From: Synechococcus sp. A15-28
GTDB taxonomy: Bacteria; Cyanobacteriota; Cyanobacteriia; PCC-6307; Cyanobiaceae
DNA length: 32,000 bases
Assembly (NCBI RefSeq): GCF_014280175.1
Contig: NZ_CP047931.1
Location: 1,170,001-1,202,000 of the forward strand
Reading direction: 5' to 3'
The notes under the pieces are model-generated. The model had not been told where the DNA came from. It made no database searches and saw only the letters and a program-made list of their open reading frames with translations. This document shows, one piece after another, positions 20,216-28,905 of this stretch. Numbering within the stretch: position 1 is the stretch's first letter; each line of letters begins with the position of its first letter. A program made the translations under genes and the position numbers.

Positions 20216-21066
20216 GCCAGGGGCTCCTGACGGGGCAGAAGCTCCTGGTGCATCAGTCGACCGTCGGGTTGATACCAGCGATGGCTGAGGTGGGTCAGGG
20301 CTGGCCCCTCAAATTCAGCCCATGAAAAATGCAACAACTGCTGATTCCCGGCGTCGCGACCGCTGCGGGGGACGCAGGCAGCATTGAGATAAACCGTGCC
20401 ACGGCGGTCACGCACCAGGCTCTGACGCAGGCCGGAGCCTCGTTTGAGCTGGTGATGCATGTGGCCGAACACCACCAGATCGGGAATGCGATGGCGGGCG
20501 ATGCGATCGAGAGCCAGGGCCAGATCCTGATCGCCCCAGTCCAGTGCCGGGCTTTTCCAGTCACGACCGCAGGGACTGGAGGGATCCGAACCGAGACCGG
20601 TGGGTCCGCAGTGGGCCATAACCACTAGGGGCTGGTCCGCGGGCACCGCAGCCGCCGCCTTGGTGATCCGCTGAACGGATTCCTCCAAAGACACCGGTCC
20701 GTACACGGCCTCGACAGCCTTGGAGAGTTGGAACCCCCCGCCGGAACTGCAGGGGCGTCCCCCCACGATCGAGAGCGGCACGGGGTCGAGACTCAGCCGT
20801 TGCCAGCCGCAGTGAGCGCCATCGAGCACAGCAAGTTGCTGCCGAAGCACCCCGCCGCTGCGATCCCGACCTCGGTCGTGGTTCCCCAGGATCACGGCCA
20901 TGGGGTGAGGCAATGAACGGATGCGCCGAGTCAGCCGAAGATCGCCATCACTGAGATCACCGACGAACAGAACGGCATCGGGCTGAAGCTTGTCCAGCAG
21001 AAGCTCATCCTCTGCCCCCCAGGCGCCGTGCAGATCTCCTGCAATCGCAAGACGGAGATGCGTCAG
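20209..21066 (-). CDS. Metallophosphoesterase family protein, extended 5' relative to the ORF track (putative CTG start)
   Basis: Minus-strand reading upstream of 20913 gives [64 protein letters not shown]. It supplies the GDLHG and GDLSD metal motifs. An in-frame TAG lies just upstream. Confidence 0.82.
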   Translation of the reverse strand: MTHLRLAIAGDLHGAWGAEDELLLDKLQPDAVLFVGDLSDGDLRLTRRIRSLPHPMAVILGNHDRGRDRSGGVLRQQLAVLDGAHCGWQRLSLDPVPLSIVGGRPCSSGGGFQLSKAVEAVYGPVSLEESVQRITKAAAAVPADQPLVVMAHCGPTGLGSDPSSPCGRDWKSPALDWGDQDLALALDRIARHRIPDLVVFGHMHHQLKRGSGLRQSLVRDRRGTVYLNAACVPRSGRDAGNQQLLHFSWAEFEGPALTHLSHRWYQPDGRLMHQELLPRQEPLAC

Positions 21067-21110
21067 AGCAGATGCCTAGGCTGAGGCCATCCTGCCCCGT
21101 CCAGACTCCG

Positions 21111-22043
21111 ATGAGCGCTGACACCGCCCTCGTTGCGGCGATCAACCGACTCCGGCAGGAGCGCAATGCCGTGATCCTGGCCCACTACTACCAGGAGCCT
21201 GAAATCCAGGACATCGCTGACTTCATCGGTGATTCACTCGAGCTGTCCCGCAAGGCCGCCAGCACCGATGCCGATGTGATCGCCTTCTGCGGTGTTCATT
21301 TCATGGCGGAGACCGCCAAGATCCTGAGCCCACAGAAAACGGTTGTGCTGCCAGATCTCGATGCCGGCTGTTCCCTGGCCGAGGACTGTCCCGCCGAAGC
21401 CTTCGCCGCCTTTCGCGAACAGCACCCAGACCACGTGGTGGTGAGTTACATCAACTGCACCGCCGCCGTGAAGGCCCAGAGCGATCTGATCTGCACCAGC
21501 AGCAATGCCGTTGATCTGGTGCGTCAGCTGCCCGATGACCAGCCCGTGCTGTTTGCCCCGGATCAGAACCTCGGGCGCTGGGTGCAACGTCAGAGCGGGC
21601 GGGAGCTCACCCTCTGGCCGGGCCGCTGCATCGTCCACGAAACCTTCAGCGAGGAGGCGGTTCTTCAACTCAAGATTGAGCACCCTGAGGCCGAGGTGAT
21701 TGCTCACCCGGAATGCCAGGAGAACCTTCTGGATCTGGCGGATTTCATCGGGTCCACCAGCAAGTTGCTGAACCACACCCAAACCAGCGCGGCTGACACC
21801 TTCATCGTGCTGACCGAGCCTGGGATCCTGCATCAGATGAAGCAGCGGGTGCCATCCAAAACCCTGATCGATGTTCCCGGGCTGGATGGCTGCAGCTGCA
21901 ATGCCTGCCCGTACATGCGACTGAACACCCTGCAGAAGCTGCACGATTGCCTGGAGACCCTCGAGCCGGCGGTGGAACTCAACGAGGAGCTGCGCCAGCA
22001 GGCCCTCAGGCCGATCGAACGGATGCTGGAGATGAGTCGCTAA
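21111..22043 (+). CDS. nadA: Quinolinate synthase
   Basis: [75 protein letters not shown]. Start assigned at MSADTAL. Confidence 0.95.
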   Translation: MSADTALVAAINRLRQERNAVILAHYYQEPEIQDIADFIGDSLELSRKAASTDADVIAFCGVHFMAETAKILSPQKTVVLPDLDAGCSLAEDCPAEAFAAFREQHPDHVVVSYINCTAAVKAQSDLICTSSNAVDLVRQLPDDQPVLFAPDQNLGRWVQRQSGRELTLWPGRCIVHETFSEEAVLQLKIEHPEAEVIAHPECQENLLDLADFIGSTSKLLNHTQTSAADTFIVLTEPGILHQMKQRVPSKTLIDVPGLDGCSCNACPYMRLNTLQKLHDCLETLEPAVELNEELRQQALRPIERMLEMSR

Positions 22044-22208
22044 CTCCGGCCAGCTCAGTCATCGTCGTATCCGTCGTCGTAGTGATCGTTGAACTGTTCC
22101 ACCCCCGCCTCACGGAAAGTGCTGTGCCCAGGCTTCGCGGAAATCCTGGTCCTCGTCGGGTCGCATCGTCGTACCAGCGATCTCCTTGATCCTGTCAGCT
22201 GATCCTCA

Positions 22209-23195
22209 GTGATTGAACGCACGGATGAAGGGCTGTACTGCCAGGCCGCCGATGCCTGGGTCGATCCCTGGCGTCCGGTACCCCGAGCCCTGATCACCCA
22301 TGCCCATGCCGACCACGCCCGTCCCGGATGCGGTGAGTACTGGGCTGTGGCCAGCAGTGAAGGCGTGCTCCGTCAACGCCTCGGCAAGGACATCACCCTG
22401 CACCCGGTTCAGTACGGCGAGGAGCACTGGCTGGGGCAATGCCGGGTGTCGTTCCACAGCGCCGGCCACGTGCTCGGATCAGCCCAGATCCGTCTGGAGG
22501 TGGATGGTGAAGTGTGGGTGGTGAGCGGGGACTACAAGCGGGATGCCGATCCCAGCTGCGAGCCCTTTGAACCGGTCCCCTGCGACGTGCTCATCACGGA
22601 GGCCACCTTCGGGCTGCCGATTTATCGCTGGCAGGCCGGGGCGGATGTCGCCGAAGACATCCGCGCCTGGTGGCAGGGGGACAGGCAGAGACCATCGCTG
22701 CTGTTCTGTTATGCCTTCGGCAAGGCGCAGCGGCTGATGGCGGAGCTCAACGCCATCGGCGTGAATGAGGAGGTGCTGCTGCACGGTGCTGTTGAAACCG
22801 TGACCCGTCACTACCGGGAAGCAGCTGTACCGATGACACCCAGCCGACCGGTCAGTGATCTTCCGAGATCAGACGACCTGGCCGGACGCCTGGTGCTGGC
22901 ACCGCCCTCGGCCCATCGCTCCAGCTGGATGCGTCGCTTCCGTTCCCCGCAGACGGGCTTCGCTTCAGGCTGGATGGCCGTCCGGGGGGCCCGGCGGCGC
23001 CGAGGTTACGAGCGGGGGTTCGTGCTCAGTGATCACGCCGACTGGCCTGGACTGATTCAGACGGTGCGTCAGTCCGGAGCCAGGAAGGTTTACGTCACCC
23101 ACGGCCAGAGCGACGTGCTGGCCCGTTATCTGCGCGAGATCGAGGGGATCGAAGCGGAGCCCCTCGAAACCCTGTTCGAAGGAGAGGTGGACTAA
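22209..23195 (+). CDS. DNA ligase-associated exonuclease, metallo-beta-lactamase fold
   Basis: ALITHAHADHARPG (HxHxDH), FHSAGHVLGSAQIRLE, WVVSGDYKRDADPSCEPFEPVPCDVLITEATFGLP, FVLSDHADW. Confidence 0.9.
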   Translation: MIERTDEGLYCQAADAWVDPWRPVPRALITHAHADHARPGCGEYWAVASSEGVLRQRLGKDITLHPVQYGEEHWLGQCRVSFHSAGHVLGSAQIRLEVDGEVWVVSGDYKRDADPSCEPFEPVPCDVLITEATFGLPIYRWQAGADVAEDIRAWWQGDRQRPSLLFCYAFGKAQRLMAELNAIGVNEEVLLHGAVETVTRHYREAAVPMTPSRPVSDLPRSDDLAGRLVLAPPSAHRSSWMRRFRSPQTGFASGWMAVRGARRRRGYERGFVLSDHADWPGLIQTVRQSGARKVYVTHGQSDVLARYLREIEGIEAEPLETLFEGEVD

Positions 23196-23452
23196 AACTT
23201 GGCGATGCCGTCGGGGAGCTCCGGCAGATTCAGGTTGGCCTGACGACCTTCGATCGCGGCCTTCAGCGATTCGATCATCATGGCGTTGCCGCTGTCCTTG
23301 ATGGCCTCAAGTGCGGTCTCCAGTCGACGACGACGATCGGACGGGTCATCGGCCACTGCGGTGGAGGACGTGGAGGTGCTGCTCAGCGGAGCTGTAGTGG
23401 TGGCGCGTACGCGATCCAGCTGAGTGGCGAGGTTCTCCCAGAGCAGAGCCAT
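23192..23452 (-). CDS. Small conserved hypothetical protein (86 aa)
   Basis: ORF MALLWENLATQLDRVRATTTAPL...RRRRLETALEAIKDSGNAMMIESLKAAIEGRQANLNLPELPDG. Overlaps the exonuclease stop tail-to-tail by 4 nt. Confidence 0.6.
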   Translation of the reverse strand: MALLWENLATQLDRVRATTTAPLSSTSTSSTAVADDPSDRRRRLETALEAIKDSGNAMMIESLKAAIEGRQANLNLPELPDGIAKF

Positions 23453-23599
23453 GTCGAATGAGCGTGATGGAACGACTGCCCGTCAGAACAGCACAGGTTC
23501 GGCAATTCATGACAACAGTGCGCGACAAAGACTTACAAATGTTTTCTTAATATTCAAGTTTCTTTATGGCATCCCTGGTCCGAAGAGGGTTATCGCGGA

Positions 23600-24322
23600 A
23601 TGAGTCAGTCCTGGGGGTCTGTGGTAGCTGCGCCCAAGCCCATCAACGAAGCTGAGCGGCTCCGCGCACTCAGCGAATACAGAATTCTTGGAACAAAGCC
23701 GGAAGAGAGTTTCGACAACATCACCAGCATGGCGGCCATGATCTGCCATGCCCCGATCGCCCTGATCTCCCTGGTCGATCAAAGTCGTCAGTGGTTCAAA
23801 TCCCGCGTGGGATGTGATCAGCAGGAAACAGAACGCGACATCTCGTTCTGCGCACACACGATTCTGAGCCCAAAGCCATTAATTGTTGAAGATGCCTTAT
23901 TGGATCAACGGTTCCAGGACAACCCGTTGGTAAAGGAGGATCCCCACATCCGTCTCTATGCCGGCTTTCCACTGAACACACCAAATCAACAGAGGATTGG
24001 AACACTCTGTGTGATTGATCGCATGCCCAAGTCTCTGACAAGTGTTCAGATTCACGTGATGCAACGACTGGCAAATCAAGTGGTCATTTTATTGGAATTG
24101 CGCCATAAATCCCTTGGTCTTCTGGAGGAGTTCTGCAAACTGCAAGACAACAAAGGCCTGATCTGCAGTTGCAGTTACTGCCGCAAAATCAGGGATGGCA
24201 ACGGAAGCTGGCAGCCCTTCGAGGACTACATGATGCGGCACAGCACCCTGAACTTCAGCCATGGAATCTGCCAGGGCTGCATGAGCAAGCACTTTCCCGA
24301 GGTCAGCCGGGCAGGCTGTTGA
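23600..24322 (+). CDS. GAF-domain protein with C-terminal Cys-cluster (CSYCRKIRD...HGICQGC)
   Basis: NEAERLRALSEYRILGTKPEESFDNITSMAAMICHAPIALISLVDQSRQWFKSRVG is a GAF start. The tail is SCSYCRKIRDGNGSWQPFEDYMMRHSTLNFSHGICQGCMSKHFPE. Confidence 0.85.
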   Translation: MSQSWGSVVAAPKPINEAERLRALSEYRILGTKPEESFDNITSMAAMICHAPIALISLVDQSRQWFKSRVGCDQQETERDISFCAHTILSPKPLIVEDALLDQRFQDNPLVKEDPHIRLYAGFPLNTPNQQRIGTLCVIDRMPKSLTSVQIHVMQRLANQVVILLELRHKSLGLLEEFCKLQDNKGLICSCSYCRKIRDGNGSWQPFEDYMMRHSTLNFSHGICQGCMSKHFPEVSRAGC

Positions 24323-24401
24323 TCACGAGAACAACAGGAGCGAGGGCCACAGCGAGAAGGCCATAGGCGGTGATGGCACCTGCGAGGCGTTGGCGTGTCA
24401 T
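24303..24401 (-). CDS. Candidate 32-aa single-span membrane peptide
   Basis: Reverse-complement translation gives MTRQRLAGAITAYGLLAVALAPVVLVINSLPG*. It has a basic N-terminus, one hydrophobic stretch and a weak GAGA upstream. It is below the ORF-track cutoff. Confidence 0.4.
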   Translation of the reverse strand: MTRQRLAGAITAYGLLAVALAPVVLVINSLPG

Positions 24402-24449
24402 GGGCTTGTCTCAACTGGACACACCTTCGTTGCGAATCAGCTGAAATCC

Positions 24450-24467
24450 ATCCCCCATCCGGGGGAT
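24450..24467 (-). terminator. Candidate hairpin downstream of the YdcF-like gene
   Basis: ATCCCCC(24450-24456)-ATCC-GGGGGAT(24461-24467), 6 nt beyond the stop of the minus-strand gene. It lacks a good U-tract. Confidence 0.35.
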
Positions 24468-24472
24468 TGCGC

Positions 24473-25225
24473 TCACCAACTGCGATAAACCAGGCGTCCC
24501 ATCAACTCCCGAAGTGCCCGGGAACTGTCATCCAGGCTGCGAGAACGGGGTAACCATTGCAGCGAGTCATTCCAGATGGATCCGGCCCAGGGGGCGCGGG
24601 CCTGGAAATCCACCGGATAGGGCTGCACCGTCAGTCCCTGACGTTCAAACAGCACCTGAGCACGACGCATGTGGAAGGCACTGGTGACCAGGAGAACTGT
24701 TGGCTGATCCTGGGGAAGCAGACGACGGATCGCTTCCGCTTCCTGAGCAGTGTTCGTCACACGATCCGTCAGCCCGATCGATGTCACCGGCACACCCAGG
24801 TCCACAGCCTCAGCCCGATAGAGCTCACCCTCCGGCGGCAGACCAGGATGAAATGGGTTCTGCCCACGGGTGAAGAGCAAGCGTGAGGCGCGCCCTGCCT
24901 GGAACAGAGCAACGCCAGCCAGGAAACGATCCGGATCGTGCCACTCGCTGATCCGATCGGAACCCGGAGCTGGATGGCGTCCACCACTCAGCACGACGAT
25001 GGCATCAGCCCGCGGTGCCCTCGCCACGGAGCGCCGTTGCCAGGGATGTTCCACCCATCGCCACAGCAGCTGGGACACAACATCGGTGCTAAAAATCCAC
25101 AGCAGCGCCATGGCCGCAGCCACCAGCCAGCGGCGACGAAGCACGACGGCACAAGCGAGCAGTCCCAGAGCCGCTCCCAGGGGAAGCACAAGAAGCGGCA
25201 GAAGCTTGGAGAGCAGATAGGCCAC
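24473..25225 (-). CDS. YdcF/SanA-like DUF218 membrane protein
   Basis: APRADAIVVLSGGRHPAPG...RLLFTRG...SIGLTDRVTNTAQEAEAIRRLL...TVLLVTSAFHMRRAQVLFERQGL. Confidence 0.88.
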   Translation of the reverse strand: MAYLLSKLLPLLVLPLGAALGLLACAVVLRRRWLVAAAMALLWIFSTDVVSQLLWRWVEHPWQRRSVARAPRADAIVVLSGGRHPAPGSDRISEWHDPDRFLAGVALFQAGRASRLLFTRGQNPFHPGLPPEGELYRAEAVDLGVPVTSIGLTDRVTNTAQEAEAIRRLLPQDQPTVLLVTSAFHMRRAQVLFERQGLTVQPYPVDFQARAPWAGSIWNDSLQWLPRSRSLDDSSRALRELMGRLVYRSW

Positions 25226-25274
25226 GGCAGCAGGTGGGGCTCACTGGTCAGGATGCCCCCAGATGCATGCCTCC

Positions 25275-26936
25275 ATGAAGGCCTTCCAGGCCCTGTTCGA
25301 TCAACTGGATCGGATGAATGGAACCAACGCCAAGGTCACGGCACTGGCGGACCACTTCCGCAGCACACCAGCGGAGGATTCCGCCTGGGCCCTTCACTTG
25401 ATGCTCGGTAAACGGCGCAGGCGACTGATCACCGGCCGGCGGTTGAGAGACATCCTGCGGGATCGGGGTGGACTGCCGGAATGGCTGATCGCCGACTGCC
25501 ATGGACAGGTTGGCGATTCCGCCGAAACGATCAGCCTGCTCTGGCCCGCCATCAGGGATCAAATTCAACCCCAATCAACGGATCTGCCCCCCATCAATGC
25601 AGAGCAACCGTTGCACTGGTGGATGGAAACCCTGCTGCCTGCCATCGGTGCTCTGAAGGACACCGAACAGGCCGATGCTGTGCTCAGCCTCTGGCATGCC
25701 CTGCCGGATGAACGCCATTTCATCGTCAACAAGTTGCTCACCGGGGGCTTCCGCGTCGGTGTGTCCACCGGCCTGATCAGCCGGGCTCTGGCCAGGGCCT
25801 TTGCCCTGGAGGACACCCTGGTGGTGCAGAGGTTGATGGGGGGATTCACGCCTTCAGCGGCCGCGTTTCTTGCCTTGTCTCGGCCGCAGGATCCCGAAGA
25901 ACAGCAATCCAGCGGCGTCCCCTACCCCTTCTTTCTGGCCAGTCCACTGGAGCCCGAACGTGTGTTGGAGACACCCGCCAGCGCCTGGCGGGTTGAGTGG
26001 AAATGGGATGGCATCCGTGGTCAACTGATCCATCGCGGCACGGGCGTTTATCTCTGGAGCCGGGGTGAAGAGCTGGTGAACGACAGCTTTCCGGAGCTCG
26101 TGGATGTGGCGACTGCCCTGCCGCAGGGAACGGTGCTGGATGGGGAGGTGATCTGCTGGCGCGAAGGCGATGCAACACCCCTGGGATTTGATCAGTTGCA
26201 GCGGCGTCTCGGCCGCAAAACAGTGGGCAACACGCTGAAGCGTGAGTGTCCGATGCGGTTTGTCGCCTACGACCTGCTGGAGATTGGCGGCGCCGACATC
26301 CGGCAGCTGCCTCTGCATGAACGACAACAACAGCTCGACGATGTGCTGAGCCATGTCGACCATGGCGAGGCATGGCGTCTGCACCGCAGCCCCAGCTGGG
26401 GGCTGAACAGCTGGAGTGTGCTCGAGGAACAGCGCAACAACGCCCGTCAGCACAAGGCGGAGGGTCTGATGCTGAAGGCTGTTGACTCCCCTTACCTCAG
26501 CGGCCGAAAGCGTGGTCATTGGTGGAAACACAAGCTTGAGCCGATGACCCTCGATGCCGTGCTCCTCTACGCCCAGGCTGGTAGCGGACGACGGGCCAAC
26601 CTCTTCACCGATTACACCTTCGGGCTCTGGAATGAAGAGGAACCACCCCAGCTGGTGACCTTCGCCAAGGCCTATTCAGGGTTGAATGATGAGGAGATTC
26701 TTGAACTGGATCGCTGGATTCGCCGCAATACCCTGCAACGGTTCGGACCGGCACGGTCCGTGAAAGCGGACCTGGTGTTTGAGATCGGATTTGAAGGAAT
26801 TCATCCGTCCAAACGTCACAAATCCGGCATTGCCGTGCGTTTCCCCAGGATTCTGCGCTGGCGTCAAGACAAACCAGCCGAAGAGGCTGATTGCCTTGGC
26901 GCCGCGCAAACACTGCTCGAAAGCACGGCAACATGA
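25275..26936 (+). CDS. ATP-dependent DNA ligase ('ligase-associated' cluster type)
   Basis: Nucleotidyltransferase motif VEWKWDGIRGQLIHRG, LDGEVICWREG, AEGLMLKAVDSPYLSGRKRGHWWKHKLEPMTLDAVLLYAQ. Start at MKAFQALF is likely. Confidence 0.93.
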   Translation: MKAFQALFDQLDRMNGTNAKVTALADHFRSTPAEDSAWALHLMLGKRRRRLITGRRLRDILRDRGGLPEWLIADCHGQVGDSAETISLLWPAIRDQIQPQSTDLPPINAEQPLHWWMETLLPAIGALKDTEQADAVLSLWHALPDERHFIVNKLLTGGFRVGVSTGLISRALARAFALEDTLVVQRLMGGFTPSAAAFLALSRPQDPEEQQSSGVPYPFFLASPLEPERVLETPASAWRVEWKWDGIRGQLIHRGTGVYLWSRGEELVNDSFPELVDVATALPQGTVLDGEVICWREGDATPLGFDQLQRRLGRKTVGNTLKRECPMRFVAYDLLEIGGADIRQLPLHERQQQLDDVLSHVDHGEAWRLHRSPSWGLNSWSVLEEQRNNARQHKAEGLMLKAVDSPYLSGRKRGHWWKHKLEPMTLDAVLLYAQAGSGRRANLFTDYTFGLWNEEEPPQLVTFAKAYSGLNDEEILELDRWIRRNTLQRFGPARSVKADLVFEIGFEGIHPSKRHKSGIAVRFPRILRWRQDKPAEEADCLGAAQTLLESTAT

Positions 26937-26950
26937 ATCCGGGTCAGGAA

Positions 26951-28759
26951 TCAATTGGCATGATTCCAGAAACAGTCAACGGCAATCCGACCTTCCTGGG
27001 GAAGAACAGTCTTGCGATTGATCAGATATTCGACGATGGGCTCACTATTCTCCTGGAACACAATGAACTTGAAGTTCAGAACGGATGGTCCCGAACGATT
27101 GAACCCGACGGTTGCTGTCCAGGTGTTCTGATTGACGTATTCCATGCCATAGGCCTTGGCGTGATCCCAATGGCCCATCTTGTCACAATCACCAATAATG
27201 GCAATTGATTGACCGGGTTGTGTCTCAAATCCGTTGATCTGGAACACCACCACCAGGGGGGCCTCCACTGGAACTCCTGCGGCACTGATCACCATGGCCG
27301 AATTGCCATGTACGCGATATCCCTGCAGGCGACCGTTAGTGATGTTCACGGGAAAGCCTGTGATCAAACAGGTGTAGGAACCATCGGGCATCTGAATATT
27401 TTCAGCATCAACAACATGATCATCATCACTCTTGTTGACCATCACCATCACCGCGGAATCGCGAAAATTACGTGTGTAGAGGTAGAAATCGTCATTGATC
27501 CAAGCTGTATGGTGCGATCCGAGGGATAGAGCCTGGTTGCGATGACGCAGATCCAGCAAGGTCTGGACCAGCTTGAACGAGTGACTTGACATATCCCAGG
27601 ACTCCATCATTGGACGGTTGTAGGGATCCTGACCACCATTGGTTCCATTGTTCAGGTATTGCTCTGTTCCATAGAACAGACAGGGAACACCACGGAGCGT
27701 GGTTAAAAGGACCAGGGCCAGATCCAGCTTGCGGGAATCCGGAACAATGGACAGGAACCGCGGCATGTCGTGGTTGTCAATGAACGTCACCAATTCATTG
27801 GCACGTTGATAGACACGGTCATAGTTCAGCACCCGTTCCACCTGATGGAAGCCGCCAGGCTCCTGGCCAGAAAAGCAAAAGCGGATGCCATCACAGAGAC
27901 CGAAATCAAGAATGGACATGCCGATGTTGTTGGCGTAATCAACAGACCTTTGCTCCCAAGGCTTGCTGAAGCCATACTCACCAAACATGAACAGCCCTGG
28001 CTTGTGAGCCTTCATGGCTGTGGTGAATTCCTGCCAGAACCAGATCGGCATATGTTTGAGCGTGTCGACGCGCAAGGCATCGACACCGGCATCAAGCCAC
28101 ATCTGAATTGCCGACTTGATGTAATTGCGATAATGAATATTTTTTTCATTAAATGTTGCCAACCCCATCATCTCAAGATGGATCAGCTGATATTCATCTT
28201 CCCAATCAGTAATTTCACCTTCATGGTAGTAAAAACCATTGTGATCATGGTTGAAATCAGCCAGGGGCTGACCATCATCCAGCACGACACCCTTGCTTCC
28301 ATTGATATCAGGCGAACTATGGTTGCAAACAATATCCAGCACAATCTTGATACCAGCCGCATGACAGGCATCCACAAGAGTCTTGAGGGTTGGAGACTGC
28401 GAAATGCTGGTTGACTCGCCGACCTTGACGAAGCGTGGATTGATCCGTTTGAAATCACGGGTCCAATATCCATGCATCGGTGCACGACTGAACTGCAGAT
28501 TGCTGACCTGTTCAAACAGGGGAGACAACCAAAGCGCAGTTACACCAAGCTCCTTTAAATAATCAATCTTGTTAATAATTCCCTGCAGATTGCCACCCCA
28601 GTATTTCCCCCAGTCTTGCCTGGACTTGTCAAAAAGCCCCTTGGCCTCTTCTTTTTCCGAACCCTCCTGATCACCAGCAACATCGTGACCATCGTGAAAA
28701 CGGTCAACAATCAGGAAATAAATCACTTCAGACCTGAAATCGACCGGGTCATCAAACAT
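26951..28759 (-). CDS. GH13-family alpha-amylase / glucanotransferase-like enzyme with C-terminal CBM20 starch-binding domain
   Basis: DIVCNHSSPDINGS, VDALRVDTLKHMPIWFW, MFGEYGFSK and TFIDNHDMPRF are the GH13 regions. VVFQINGFETQPGQSIAIIGDCDKMGHWDHAKAYGM...NTWTATV resembles CBM20. The start is uncertain. Confidence 0.87.
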   Translation of the reverse strand: MFDDPVDFRSEVIYFLIVDRFHDGHDVAGDQEGSEKEEAKGLFDKSRQDWGKYWGGNLQGIINKIDYLKELGVTALWLSPLFEQVSNLQFSRAPMHGYWTRDFKRINPRFVKVGESTSISQSPTLKTLVDACHAAGIKIVLDIVCNHSSPDINGSKGVVLDDGQPLADFNHDHNGFYYHEGEITDWEDEYQLIHLEMMGLATFNEKNIHYRNYIKSAIQMWLDAGVDALRVDTLKHMPIWFWQEFTTAMKAHKPGLFMFGEYGFSKPWEQRSVDYANNIGMSILDFGLCDGIRFCFSGQEPGGFHQVERVLNYDRVYQRANELVTFIDNHDMPRFLSIVPDSRKLDLALVLLTTLRGVPCLFYGTEQYLNNGTNGGQDPYNRPMMESWDMSSHSFKLVQTLLDLRHRNQALSLGSHHTAWINDDFYLYTRNFRDSAVMVMVNKSDDDHVVDAENIQMPDGSYTCLITGFPVNITNGRLQGYRVHGNSAMVISAAGVPVEAPLVVVFQINGFETQPGQSIAIIGDCDKMGHWDHAKAYGMEYVNQNTWTATVGFNRSGPSVLNFKFIVFQENSEPIVEYLINRKTVLPQEGRIAVDCFWNHAN

Positions 28760-28905
28760 CTGATGCTTGAGATCGGCCAAGACAGCGGATGTGAGATCAG
28801 ACAATGGAAGAAAGCCACTGCCGACATCGTGGTCAAAGAATGGAAACCTGAGTGTCGTGTGGCGAACTTTGACCAAATCCAGACAAGGTTGAAGCTCCAC
28901 TCGCC

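Noticed and set aside
19232-20230. 332-aa plus-strand ORF opposite the glycosyltransferase-like gene
   Set aside because: The His/Arg/Gln-rich translation (repeated QLQGQGLREG-type text) is typical of the antisense of a Leu/Asp-rich gene. The minus-strand frame has coherent motifs.
20209-21066. Candidate as the missing 'ligase-associated' metallophosphoesterase
   Set aside because: The motif layout (GDLHGAW...VGDLSDGD...GNHD) looks like a different cyanobacterial phosphoesterase subfamily. It is also on the opposite strand and coupled to a glycosyltransferase-like gene. An HMM test against TIGR04123 versus TIGR04168 would settle this.
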